From: Oopsacas minuta
Lineage: Eukaryota > Animalia > Porifera
Direction: 5' to 3'
Assembly (NCBI GenBank): GCA_024704765.1
Contig: JAKMXF010000343.1
Coordinates: forward strand, 911,095 to 975,094
Length of the DNA: 64,000 nucleotides
Shown: in pieces, positions 36,593 through 49,139 of the stretch
Layout of the letters: each line of letters opens with the position of its first letter
How positions within the stretch are numbered: the stretch's first letter is position 1
Position numbers and translations under genes: made by a program
Notes under the pieces: model-generated
Database searches by the model: none
Told to the model about the DNA's origin: nothing
The model's input: only the letters and a program-made list of their open reading frames with translations

Positions 36593-38358
36593 GAAGCGCT
36601 CTACACTGCTACTTTATTTAAAATCAAAGCTATAGCTCCTCAAATGAACCTATTATTCGTAATGGGCGACTGGGAAGCTACTTCAAGAAATAGAATCACG
36701 ACTGTTTATCCAAACATTGCATTATATGGGTGTTGGTTCAATCACAATCAAGCAGTATGGAGAATGATTACCAAATTAGCATTGGTTGCTTTATTCATAC
36801 CAATACTAGTTTCCCTTACTGCCTCTGGACATATTGTGTTCATGTTTGAGTTTGTCACTACTATGTTAGAACTTTACACATATACAGAAAATTTTCAAAT
36901 TGATAAGTTTACTGATATTCCAAGCAACAGTGGTTAACAAGAATTGAACCTACGCAACTAATAATCTTCACAAGTAATGTTACTACAAACAATGAAGCAG
37001 AAAGCTATCACGCTAAAATTACATCTACTTTCAAAACCGATCATCCAGATATATGGAATCTTTGTGAAACCCTTAATGACATCATCAATGATACTGACAT
37101 TGCTATCGCTAGATTGAATAATGGCTTAGATATTTCTTCAAGTCAAAAGGGAGAACAAATTCTTAAAGATCAGCATATGAAATCGTGCAAACCAAAGCTT
37201 GCCAATAAAATATACCCCAAACGAATATATTCATAGTTAACAATCTAGTTTGAGCTCTAAACCAGTATATATTTCAATTACCAGGATATGGTATCGGATT
37301 TTGCGGACTCAGAAGATGACATATCAATAGGGGATGTTTCAATAAACACAAGGTGCTTTTGTGAATGCTTACGACCACGTGAAATTACATTTTGTTTTCG
37401 CCCATGTTCACATGCTAAGGTATATTTTCGCTGCCACCAAATTCTGATGGAAGAAAACCAAACTTGTCCAGTAGGAGAAGCGATTCAAGAGAGATTTATT
37501 ATACATCAATAGTGCTTCTTTTCATTAATTATTTCATACTTTAGCAAATGGTTGCTAATTTATAACAATTCTAATAAACTATAGTTCAATGGTGAAAGTT
37601 AGTTATTAACACATATATCTGTTTGACAATGCATAGTTCAAAAATTCTAGTAAATGCAAGTAATTTTGTATAACAAATCTGTCCAACAAACCTAAATTCA
37701 CATTAGAGTTTATTTTTCACACTCAATCCAATCTCATCGACGAATGGAAAAGATGTAGGCATCATTACAGGTGTAAATACGGGAGTAGCCATGAAAATTG
37801 CGACAATCGTGAAAATGTTAGTTTGAAATGATTTGCAGTTATATTTCTGATATGGAAATAAATTGTTTGTTTTTATAGAGATTGCTTAGATCTGTCTATT
37901 TGGAGATAATCCGCTATTGATTTGCATTTTTTTAAACCATGAAACAAGCATACTACATTAACATGCATGAAAAAGTATACACAATCCATTTAGCAATTTT
38001 AAAAATTATACAAATGCAAATTTGCATAATGAACAATTTTCCACGAGGAAACTCTAATATGGCCATACTAGGACTAAATTAGTGTGTAATCAGGAAAGTT
38101 GCCCGACACGCACTTAAATACACTCTACCTCGGGAGGGGTTGTATTTTACTGTTTGACGGGTAAACTATAGTGCTATTTCAGCAACCATGAAGGACCCGA
38201 AGTGCCGATCTCATATTAGCACAGGATCAATGTATTCTCGTCCAAACAAATGCCACCAAGTATACTGGGATCTCACAGAAACACTGACATGTGAAGAAGT
38301 GATTCTCAACCGACTTTCGCTATTATTTGGCCTTGAAGGAAATCTGTAATATATAGAA

Positions 38359-38696
38359 CAATGGTTCTCAACAAGTGTGCCGCAGCACACTTTTGTTCAA
38401 CAGAACGCACACTTGTTTCCCTGTGTGCCGCCAAATGTTTACTGACTTATGTGAAATTTATTTAAAATACTTTCATACTTTAGTTTCTAGCACTCTGGAC
38501 CTAAACTTGCTAAATGTCTAATAGAACTTCCCCCTTAACCTCAATATTACTTATGGAATATACTGTATAATTCTAGGAATTATGCACTGTGGTTATACTA
38601 AAGTGAATAATAACTTGAAATCACCTAAAAAGGTGTGCTTTGAAGAATATTGGTGGAATATTCGTTCCGCATTTCGAAAATGGTTGAGAAACAGCC
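38359..38696. mobile_element. hAT (Charlie-like) MITE
   Basis: CAATGGTTCTCAACAAGTGTGCCGC left end; GGTTGAGAAAC right end. Confidence 0.5.
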
Positions 38697-38841
38697 GTAG
38701 GATCAGAATATAGTAGATTAATTCGTGATTAAATGCTCGCGACGCATATTATAACCAAGTCGGGAAAATTCCGACGAAATCAGAGAGTTGGAAAGTATTA
38801 TATTAGGAAATATTGATTTAACAATGGATTATTGGGTCATA

Positions 38842-40050
38842 CGAGGGGGTACTCAATAACTTTTGGCGTAAGTATCAAAAACCATCAATCTATATATATT
38901 TTTACTATAATTGTTCGAAATAGCATCCCTTAGCTTGAATACACTTGTTCATTCGTTGAAATCAAGCTTGAATAGCTTCTTATAATTCCTTTTCGTTGAT
39001 GTCTCCGATCACTTCACTGAGGGCCCCCTCAAGTTCAGAATTAGATGAAATATTTCCGCCTTTAAGGTATGTTTTTATTCTAGGAAAGAGCCAGAAGTCG
39101 CAGGGTACTAGATCTGGAGAATAAAGGGCGTGGCAAAATATGTAGTCCTGATTCTTCAATGAATTGTCTTGTCATTTTTGATGTATGAGAACTGGCATTA
39201 TCGTGGTGCAAAAAGTTCCCATTAATCCTGTGCCAGGACGCTGTAAATTTATTACTTTATGACTAGAGGCAAACAACTCTCTGTATACCAGGTTGAATTA
39301 ATTGTCTTACCAGGTTCAAGAGACACAACAGTTTTAACACCCGTTGTATTAAATAATTGCATTCATTTGTTTCTTGGTGTACTGAGTTCGGCGAACCTTT
39401 GTTGGGGGACCTTCTCCAATGTCACACCATTGATGGCTCTGCTGTTTTGTTTCTGGATCCTAGTGATAAATCCATGTTTCATCACCAGTTATTATCTTGG
39501 AAACATCTCTACCGTTGCCATGGTGAATTCTTTAAGAATTTCATGGCACTATTTCACTCGATTCTGCTTCTGCTCAGGAGGAAGCTGATGTGGGATCCAG
39601 CGGGCACAAAGTTTACGTAGCTGAAGGGATTGGTGTAAAATGGTGTGCACTGCCCCGGATGACATGCCAATTTCGTGCTGAATTCTCTCATATGTAACAT
39701 TTGGGTCTGCTATTACCATGTGCTCAATTTACTCAACAATTCCCACTGTAACAGCGTATGGGGGTGGTCTTCAAGATGGAAATTCCCACACTTAAATTCT
39801 CTTTACCATCTTTTCACTGTTGCCGCAGATATGTTGTTATTTGGAAGGGCTGTACAGAAACCTTTGTGACATCTCTTATTGTTTTCAAAAGTTGCAACTG
39901 AAAAAGTATTATCGCACGAATATCACGCCTTGATAACTGTATTGAGGATTTGGTAACTAAGGAATCCATAGATAATACTACAACTACTGCTATCTGAAAA
40001 GTATACAAGATAATGTTGCAAGATTTTCAGCCGAGTATATTTATCTCATG
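38842..40050 (-). mobile_element. Decayed mariner (DD34D type)
   Basis: TA|CGAGGGGGTACTCAATAA TIR. Minus-strand remnants SWIYH.DPETKQQS, HDNASSH and PYSPDLVPCDFWLF; the other TIR is degenerate. Confidence 0.85.
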
Positions 40051-41453
40051 TTTATTCGAAAGAAGTAATGGTTTAATTATATGAGAGCTCGCAACAGGGT
40101 TAGGCCCAAAACTTATTGAGTGCCTATCGCATAGGGACATTATAGATCATATCGACATAACATAAGTCCCGATGGCAATAGCTATGGAAGGTTGGATAGT
40201 ATGTATACATTAGGCCACTCCACAAGTACAAGTAGTATTAGTATCATACATGGGCGCAAAACCCTTGTGCAAGGGGCTTGAAGGCTCCCTTTGATTCGTT
40301 ACCGCCCCATAGAGCTAATATGCAATTTATGTGTGCAGGGGTGGCGACAGGAAATCCCCGACAAGCGGGCTTAGGTCCCCAATGGGTGGTCTAAATTTGT
40401 GATATATATCCTAGATTACTACACTGTTTTACTAGATAGATATATAACCATTCTTTGTCACTTTGCTATTCAATTGCAGTAGCAGTGAATCTTTGCCACT
40501 TTGCAGTAGCATAGTAATTCTCTGACAGTATTGGCGATTGAGTGAAAGTACATTATCAAACGCATCAATAGTAAAAAGTTGAAAGGTGGAAAATATGGGC
40601 GAATATCCTTACAGAAATAAATAACTTTAGAATTCATATTCTTGTTAAATTTCTTCTAATTCCTTCCCCGATGGGGGACTGTAGCCCCTCGCCCCCCCCC
40701 TGTATGTGTGAGCCCTCCCTAGAAGGTTCAAATAGTTTCCCGCAAAGTATTACAAGATGCTTTGTTCTTTTCTTGGATCGAATAAAATAATATTTGCGCA
40801 ATGCAATTTCAAAAATATGTTTTGTCAAACATAAGGGTCAGTTTCTTTAGCTGTTGATTCTTTTGTTGCTTATCATTATATCCATTATCTACTGCAAATG
40901 AGTTTTTTACTTGATCATACGATTTATACCTATTGACAACACCATCATTGTAATTTTACACCCAATTAGCATAACCACTTCGTCTATGTTATCACTTAAA
41001 CGATCTAGATCCCGAATTTGCCAGCTCAGTTTGAATTTATTATGAGTGTAGAGTCTGAATTATGCTACTTTCGATACACCACGGTTACCTAATTGCCCAT
41101 AATTTCAGATTCCACAGAAATATAATATCTTTTATTACTGTTATTATCACATTACACCCTATCATTTATTGATTACACTCAATTAAAATTCTACTTTTTG
41201 GTTTCAGTTCCGAACTTATTTGCCAATTTTATTAGGTATTCACCAACACACTAATAATCTTCAAGTTATTTATTCCCCAACAATTCTTCCCAAAAAATCA
41301 TTTTTCATATCACTACATTCCTTATACTTATGATAAAATTGTTTGGTATCTGTGCTGATCTAGAAATATATTTCCCTTTATGGTAGTAGTCAAGATTCTT
41401 AATCATTATCTCTCTTGTACTTTGTTTACGAATCCTGAATATTTAGTTGAGTA

Positions 41454-42686
41454 ATGGCTACAATTGAATCAACTGGTTTGTTTTCTGGAAATATCATTCA
41501 AAATGATTTAACCCAACAATCCTTACTTTTTGAATCTGATTGGTATTGGGGAAACCTATCGAAAGAAGAATCCGCCATTAAGCTTAAAGATAAGAAAGAT
41601 GGATATTTTTTAGTTAGAAATTCTAGACAAATGGGAGAATATACTCTTACTGTTAGAAAACATGGAATAAACCGCCTTGTTCGTATTCTATTTGGCCAGA
41701 ACGCTTTATATGGCTTGAATGAACCACTAAGATTTTCATCAGTTGTCGAGCTTGTTGAATATTATCGTAAACACTCATTAGCTGAATTTAATTCTAAGCT
41801 CGATATTAAATTAAAATTTCCGGTTTCTAGACTAACTTCAGAGATAAATAAGGAGAATATCTATACCCGCCTCCATGATATTCAACTTGAGATAAAAGAA
41901 AAAAATAATTTATTTAAAATTGTTGAAGATGAGTTTATTAATACAAGAATATGTTATGATGAAATGTGTCTCTTGTATTCTTCTCAGTTACTTCTAACAG
42001 ATTTATTAAAGGAGCACCAGAATTGTATGAAGACTTTCATTAAAACTGGGGTCTACCCAGAGCTTTTATCTATCAATAAAGCAATTTTTGATACCCTTTT
42101 TCTCTCAGAAATTGGTTACCTTTCTGAATTAGATAGTAAACTTGATTCTCTGAAGAGGAGGGATTCCGAATATGAAATCAAAATTAGTCTGCTCCGGAGT
42201 GAATTAAATTGTTTATTTAATCAAAGGGAGGAATATACGAATTTTTTAGTAGAAAACGGCGCGTCTGAAGATGAATTGAAATCAAAATTTGTCGAGTTTA
42301 ATTTAGATGAGGAAATCTATGGTGGAACAGTTGAAGCTCTAAATCTTCTTACATGTTTACCATTTCCATCTTCTCTATGGCTTGCTACTGAAGAATTAGA
42401 TAAACTCTCGACACAACATCTTTTCGATGATCGAGGTAAATCTGATGGTTCATTCTTGGTCCGCCCCTCTAATGATGCATCAAATTTATCCCATGTTTAT
42501 ACACTTGAAGTAATGTTCAAGTCCAGAAGATATCGAATAAAAATTTTCAATATCCTAGGAGCTTATCAGTTAGAAAAAGGTCCTACATTTCCGAATTTAC
42601 AAATTCTTATTCAGCATTATTCAACGACTTCTTTGAAAGATTATAAACAAATTTTGGATACGACTCTAAAAATACCTATATTATAA
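41454..42686 (+). CDS. PIK3R: Phosphoinositide 3-kinase class IA regulatory subunit, p55/p60-type (nSH2-iSH2-cSH2), single exon, 410 aa
   Basis: nSH2 WYWGNLSKEE..KLKDKKDGYFLVRNS...RFSSVVELVEYYRKHSLAEFNSKLDIKLKFPVSR matches the p85 nSH2 signature. A helical iSH2 follows, then cSH2 with DGSFLVRPS. Uninterrupted ORF. Confidence 0.93.
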   Translation: MATIESTGLFSGNIIQNDLTQQSLLFESDWYWGNLSKEESAIKLKDKKDGYFLVRNSRQMGEYTLTVRKHGINRLVRILFGQNALYGLNEPLRFSSVVELVEYYRKHSLAEFNSKLDIKLKFPVSRLTSEINKENIYTRLHDIQLEIKEKNNLFKIVEDEFINTRICYDEMCLLYSSQLLLTDLLKEHQNCMKTFIKTGVYPELLSINKAIFDTLFLSEIGYLSELDSKLDSLKRRDSEYEIKISLLRSELNCLFNQREEYTNFLVENGASEDELKSKFVEFNLDEEIYGGTVEALNLLTCLPFPSSLWLATEELDKLSTQHLFDDRGKSDGSFLVRPSNDASNLSHVYTLEVMFKSRRYRIKIFNILGAYQLEKGPTFPNLQILIQHYSTTSLKDYKQILDTTLKIPIL

Positions 42687-44082
42687 TATCAATTGGCAGC
42701 ATTCTACAATACAATCTATTTGTAATATATTTGTAAATACTTTTTGGTTAGACTTATCCAAATTTCGAAAGATCATACATATGTGTTTGCTCAAGGAGGT
42801 ATAATATATTTTCTAATATTTCAAAACTGTTTTTTGCAACATTTTTGTTCAAATGAATCGTGAAGAAATGATAAGTCCTACTAACTTGTAATGGCTAGTG
42901 TATATGCAAAGGTTTAACTTGGGTGAGAAAATTATTGGTAAAGCAAAGGTGCATGATTCGTAATGGTGATCATTCGTAATTCCTTTCTGGGAGTATAAAT
43001 CGATTTAGTTAGCTGAAGTAAATATTTTCATTCCATTTTAATAACTAACTTAATTTCATGTATGTGATGATAGAATTGATAAGCAATCATATAAAATTGG
43101 CTTAATTCCATATTTAACGTACACTTGTTCAAAGAGATCATCGAATAATTTAGGTTTAACTATTTATAACCGTGCTTCGCTTGCTTGGTTGCTGCGCGAC
43201 GGCTGTATTCCTCAGCACTATTGAATGATTGGAATAGTTCGCGCGCTATTCAACAGTAAAATAGTAGGCTCAATTTGAAATAATTAAACTCAATTAGCAA
43301 AAATTATAAAAATGTGGAGTACTACGAATTGAACATTCGGGAAATTTCCTATTTTACTAAATAAGAGCCTAACGCATTTTCTTTTCTTTGGCATTTTTCG
43401 TATAAAATTTTATAATTTGTGAAAATTATTTAATATTTTGGGAATCTGATTATCCTAATTTGTTACATGGTCATATAGCTAGTAAATTTCATCGAAAAAT
43501 TCCACCAGGAGGGTAGTGGTAAATTTTATTCACAATTCTTGAAGCCTTATTCAAGGATAGATCAAATTGCTAATATTTGAAATATTTAAACTAGTACAGT
43601 AATGTTCGAACTGTTTTCTATTTCAAATCGCAATTTCGGAATCGTTAACTTTATAACAATAGTAAATAGTCTCTTTTGCAAAAATTGTAGATACTTCGAT
43701 CCTGCAAAATTTAGAATATATCGCCTTGCATAAATGAAATAAACTTTATCAACAATGGGGCTATTGTATTATCTATGTTTGGGAAATGATCTGGACCAAC
43801 AGTAAAGTTAAGTATTTGTTATTATCGCAGTAGATAGATTTCTTAATTTGCTATTTTAATTATTGACAGTTCTGCTTTTTCGAACTATTTCCCAAAAGTG
43901 TAATTCGAGCTACTTCCCAAAACTATTTCAAAACATTTCTCATTGTTGCTATTCGAAATATTTCCTCAGAATTCATCATTAGAAGTACAGTCGAATTTGT
44001 AATAACGGCCGCCTTGGGGAATTCCCGATCTCAATCCTGGATGATATTATATTCTTCATTTCAGGTTTCGATTAGAGATAAA

Positions 44083-44465
44083 TCTATATTATAAATTTCA
44101 ATTGTTGTTTGCCTGTTTGTCTATCAGTTTGTTTGTTTGTCCGTTTGTTTTGTCCGTTGTCAGGTTAAGGATTTATGGTATTGAATTTTTATATTGTCAC
44201 ATAACTATGTATTTATCGTGGTTATCAAGGAAATAAATAGAATTCAATAATGCTTCATTAAACTTATAAAACATCCTGAATCCGAATTTCGAATTTGACG
44301 TTTTTAAGTGAAGTTTATTGATGTTGTTATGAATATATTGTAAACAAATTTCAAAATTGAGGTAGAATCAAACTTCCAACAACTATACTGGGGTAATCGA
44401 CTATGCTGAGTCCGAATAGGAAATTGTGAATATTTGTTTACTTTTAGGTACATAAAGTAAAAAAT
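44083..44465 (+). mobile_element. 5' fragment of the Helitron-like family seen at 1858-2555
   Basis: A|TCTATATTATAAAT start, (GTTT/GTCT)n tract, and shared TATGTATTTATCGTG.TTATCAAGGAA.TAAATAGAATTCAATAA and TATGCTGAGTCCGA blocks. Confidence 0.6.
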
Positions 44466-45063
44466 TTTCGATCGTTTATTGGGGAGGTTATGCAGGTTTT
44501 ACAGCGTCTACCAATGTGTACATCAAACTATATTTTACGCGACACTTGGGGAATGAATTTTCGATTTTAGGCTAGTATTGGATTCATATCCTATATTTAT
44601 TGATTTTTCTATGGCAGCCTCTGCAATCCCAGTAATATGTTAGTCCGTATTTTGCAATTCCATCCACAATAGAAATAGAGCTGTAGCAAAAATCTGAATC
44701 GTTACTGCATAGAAATTCGATATATTCTTATAGACAATTCTATTATTTCACTAATATCACAATGGTACATACACTTTGATATTCGTTCATTTGTTTTTCC
44801 TACACACAATCCACTTCACCGAACAGTTTCCAGTTCGAAATTATGCCATAAGATTATCAGGTGTGCCGTCGGAATAGCCATGAGATTCCCTAAATCTATA
44901 TGAATCTCAATATGTAGAACTTGAGTTCTCAACTTGGGATAAATCTCACAATTCAGGGAGAAATGTTTAGGAAGCGAAAACAAATTTGGTATAGTAAATT
45001 TGTAATCCTTAGCTAAAGTATACACAAGTGACTCCGCTTAATAGTATCACATCTGGACAAGAA

Positions 45064-45160
45064 CTAAAATCTCGTTTTTGGTGCGGGATTTGGTTTAAAC
45101 AAAGTGGTAAAAATTGTTCCTTTGGAGTACGAGCGTAAAACTCAGGTCGTAATCGGTTAT
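45064..45160. repeat. ~97-bp repeat with a direct copy at 48613-48709
   Basis: CTAAAATC.CGTTTT...GGTTTAAAC.AAGTGGTAA...TACGAGCGTAAAAC...CGTAATCG is shared. Confidence 0.75.
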
Positions 45161-45999
45161 AGTAATTTTGATTATCGTTGTGTCATGATGCACTCATTTT
45201 GTCTTACCAAAATGAGTGCATTCATGACACATTGTTCCCAAATACATGAAAAAAAACTCCCACTTATAGCTAATATATTCGAAAAAATCAAGTTGACTAA
45301 ATATTCGAAATGGTTTCTTTGAATTTTAAGCATTTTCAATTTAGAAACAAAAATTAAGAGCAATTTTTTTGATTTCCAAGTAAAATATAATTCGTTACCA
45401 AAATTTGATGAATTCAATTAATATTTAATACAGACATTATTATGATGTTCGAAAACTGAGAAAAAGAACAGCGGAACGCCGGTATTCATGGCTGTTGACA
45501 GGAAGTAGAGTCAATTTTCCTAATGCCTCTTAAACCAGTGCCATTGGATATAGCATTGTCTAAAACCTAAGTAGCTGAAATTTCAGAAAATTGTTTCAAG
45601 TATAATGGGAAATATAGAGCATCAGATATTGAATTTTGAGGGATATATTTTTTAAAATTTGTGATTTGGCAATATCCCTCCAATAACTCTTTTGTTCTCA
45701 CCACGCTTCTATCAGAATGAGCTAATACCTTCACTACATGTAGTAATACATTGAATGATCATAAAACAGTTGTATACTAATCAAATATCGGATCAATTAT
45801 TTGTCTAATCTGCAATCAGGATAAAATTAGCTGTAATTGTCAGGATGCATATGTTCTAACAGTTGATGATGAATAAACTAATGGTGGTACAAAGTTGTGT
45901 TTATCCAGAACCTGACATTAAATAACTTGTAATTACAGCAACCCCAGGCAAGATAAAAAATATATATAATAGCTTTCTGATTATTAAACCAATTTGAAT

Positions 46000-48000
46000 A
46001 GTTTACTTATTCGATAACATTGTAGCATAGATTCTCAGAAATAAATAATTTGAAGTTTGTACATATGTCTCAACCAAAGAATCAAGTTGAAATTCGTTCA
46101 AGAATTTGATTTAGATGATTACGAATTCGATGCAATTCGTTATACATTCAGAAATCTAAAACCTACGAGAGATGCATCGCGAAAGTCCAAGATGATGGAG
46201 AAGGGGGGCTGAGATATTTTACACATTTCCATCAATACATCCCCTGAAACAGAATCTCGAGAAAAAGCTTATCATAGAATCTGATCTATAAATGGAAATA
46301 ATAAAAGCCCTTATCTCAACCTACTTTGAAAGCCTTGCGGACAAGACTAGGTCCGGTTTTGAATATTATCAATGATTTTTCGCTTAGAGAGGAAGGCAGT
46401 TACTCAAAAAATAACAGCTGCCTATTTATTAATGTTATCATCTAATGAATCCCGAGTTGCTAACACCACGAACGTTTACAACTAAATAATAGCGACCGGA
46501 ACATATGCAAATCTGTACAAAACCCTACCTATTGACAAGTCTACTTTCTTGCTTGACATCCTTGAAATTGGAAAGCGTAAATATACAAACTTTCGACGTC
46601 TTTACAAATCTGAAAACATCACCTTCCCCTCTTATTCTAGAGTAGATCAATATCGAAACGATGTGAATTAAGTTAATGAAGTAACATTTGTCACAAATCC
46701 AATGAATGTGACCATCGCAATCGCGATAACTTACAGAACATTTAAGACCTAGCCTGCCAAGGGTTTTTGAAACTAATCCTCCACTGACTAAATCTCGTTT
46801 TCCTTTGACAGTTAAGCTATCTGATGGTCTTGATGGGTCTGGTTGTCACCAAATTTATAATCATTATGAGCTACATCCAACTCCAAGCACAAAACCTTTA
46901 TTCTATTCGGCTTCAAACTACTGTCAATTCATGATTTAGATAATATCCAAGTTGGAAAAACAAATTCTTCCTTTGGTGTAAGGCCTGTTGTACTACTTGC
47001 TCAAAAGGAGTGTTTGGAAAGGTTTAAGTTTATGATGGAAAATATCATTAATCCTAGACTCTATTGAACCAGATGGCTTACAGCTCCCTCAAGGAATGGT
47101 GCAAGTCAATATCATTCGTAGTATGCTTGATGGCAAAATGTCTGGGATTCTAAGCAGACCTAGAGGCGCACATTGTCAATTGTACTCCAAATCTTAAAGA
47201 ACCAAAGAACTGGAAATGGTTAGGGCTGGTTTGCCAATTAATCGACAGATTTTGGACGCAATATAATTGGACCCCTTTATAGATAATGACGAGTATTTAC
47301 CCCGTCCTTCCTGTAAAAGGTTAGGCATTAATCATAAATCAGTTTCGAACAAAAATATTTTATCGGCATCACCTCTACACAGTTATGTATGTGTATTTAG
47401 ATGGTTCAAGTTCTTGGTGTACCATTTGCAATCTGGGAAAATTTGCTTTCCCTGCGACTTCGAATGTGGTCGAAGCTTCAAAGAAAATTTGCAGTGATTT
47501 CTTATAGGGAAAACTGGAATTCGGATTGACCAGCAAGTGATGTGATACTACTTCAACAAAGCTTTGGCAATAGGAATGAGTTTACTTTCTACGTTTCTTC
47601 CCTAATACCCTCAGAATATAGAGATAATGTTGCCATAATCTAAACGAATCTCTGCTATTTTACGAATATTCAAATGCAGCCAGGAGGTATATACATAAAA
47701 GTTGAAGATTTAAGTAAAACAACATACGAACATATACTAACTATACCTTTCCATGGGCCAATATAACAGCACCTTTTTACCTAACTCCTAGCTCATTGTA
47801 CCGAACTTATTCGAGATTGCAAGGAAGGATATAGACTTGAAGGATATTCAGGGCGTTATCGAGAGCATCTATCTGGAAAAATTCATTTCTCTCAACTTGA
47901 AAGATATGTTCACTCGTCTTATGAGCCAGAGTGATCCTCCCCTCTTTAGATATCGAAAAATATAATTTGCAAACATGGTGGTGAAATTCGCAATATTCGG
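46000..48000 (+). pseudogene. Transib/RAG1-like transposase pseudogene
   Basis: Frameshifted motifs in RAG1/Transib order: NBD-like TLKALRTRLGPVLNIINDFSLREEG (46317-46397); KLSDGLDGSG (D1 at 46832); RSMLDGKM..GAHCQL (D2 at 47129); SPLH (47369); LLAHCTELI; YREHLS; DMFTRLMSQSDP (~47938). The segment bearing the catalytic Glu appears deleted. Confidence 0.8.
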
Positions 48001-48295
48001 ACTGAAAATGTAAAGTTACCAATCCTGATTTTGGATCAAGACAAACTGGTCGATTCTTAATTATTCAATAAGCTTGTGTTATAGTTTTCTATTTACAAAA
48101 CTCAAACTGTGATTGTTTATCAACTGTGTGTGTGATACTGCCTCTTAAAAGCATAAATATAATTACTGAATATGATATGTCGTGATGACGTCATATAAAA
48201 TTGAAGTTATAGAAGAAAAATGAAGTTGTAATTCGATTCTATGGGTATGATAACCTATATACTTATAATACATATCATTACTCTACATAGTAAGG

Positions 48296-48336
48296 AAATG
48301 CCTACTTCCCATGAACTTCCAAATTCAACCACTGTG
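48296..48336 (-). repeat. Candidate 3' TIR of the Transib/RAG1-like element (CACAGTG heptamer on the minus strand)
   Basis: Reverse complement reads CACAGTGGTTGAATTTGGAAGTTCATGGGAAGTAGG, sharing CACAGT and ATGGG..TAGG with the 15773 MITE end; ~330 bp after the transposase end. No partner TIR found. Confidence 0.45.
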
Positions 48337-49139
48337 GGTAATAATCTAGTTATGATAAATTGGGAAACTCTGAATTTCCCTAGTTTCGTGCATAATTATC
48401 AACAATATATTTATAATAAAATTTTAACACAACGAAAATACAGGAAAATTTAAGAACAAGGTCCCAATTAGGGAGTTTTAGGTAAATATCGGGGAGGGGC
48501 CGATTCCATTCTCAGATATATTTAGAAAAACATAGCAGGGACTTTGACTCTGCATCTTCTATTAACCTAAATCGTATGCGAAAATGTGTAATTATAGGGC
48601 GTCTTAAAGGTGCTAAAATCGCGTTTTAGTCCGGGAATAGGTTTAAACGAAGTGGTAATAATATAGTGTTCTTATATTACGAGCGTAAAACGCCAACCGT
48701 AATCGTTTAACCTGAATCAGTTAACATTATTTGTATGGTTGATTCAATTAATCGGTATTTTCTGAATTTCTAATAACCTCGAATAGAATATGCCATTTCC
48801 TTAATAAACAGCCATCCCTTCCAAAATGCTCACTATAACGTCTTCCAAGGATTATAATTCGACAATACAAAGAGCCCACCCAATTTATTGAATCGGCCGT
48901 CTAACTTCCTACAAATCATTACTAGTTCATATTCTACATTCACAAGAGCATCAAGTGCTTCTATTTTCTCCCAAATTTGCTCCTGTAAAGAAATTGCGCA
49001 CTCCCGCTCCCACTCCTGAAAAGGAGCGCAATCTAATTCAAGCTCACTCTCGTTCTTCTAGAGTTACAAAGATTTTTATTATACATAGGGCATTCTAATT
49101 GTGTCCCTTCTTTTTTAATATCTTGACATTACAACATCT

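Larger units (their letters stand above)
31300..37512 (+). pseudogene. Outer FLYWCH-MULE transposase with a C-terminal RING finger, split by nested insertions
   Basis: WQHNHP (N-terminal). After the inner MULE: ILDRRFKK..FFQF.TLFV..HCLMTCKDEA|LYTATL across the MITE, then MGDWEA, GCWFNHNQAVW, TTNNEAESYHAK, and CFCECLRPRE..FRPCSHAKV..C..CPV (37288-37512). Confidence 0.7.

Noticed and set aside
38030-40400. Possible tRNA/SINE-like GC-rich patches (38030-38350, 40090-40400)
   Set aside because: No cloverleaf or A/B box could be established; more likely MITE remnants.
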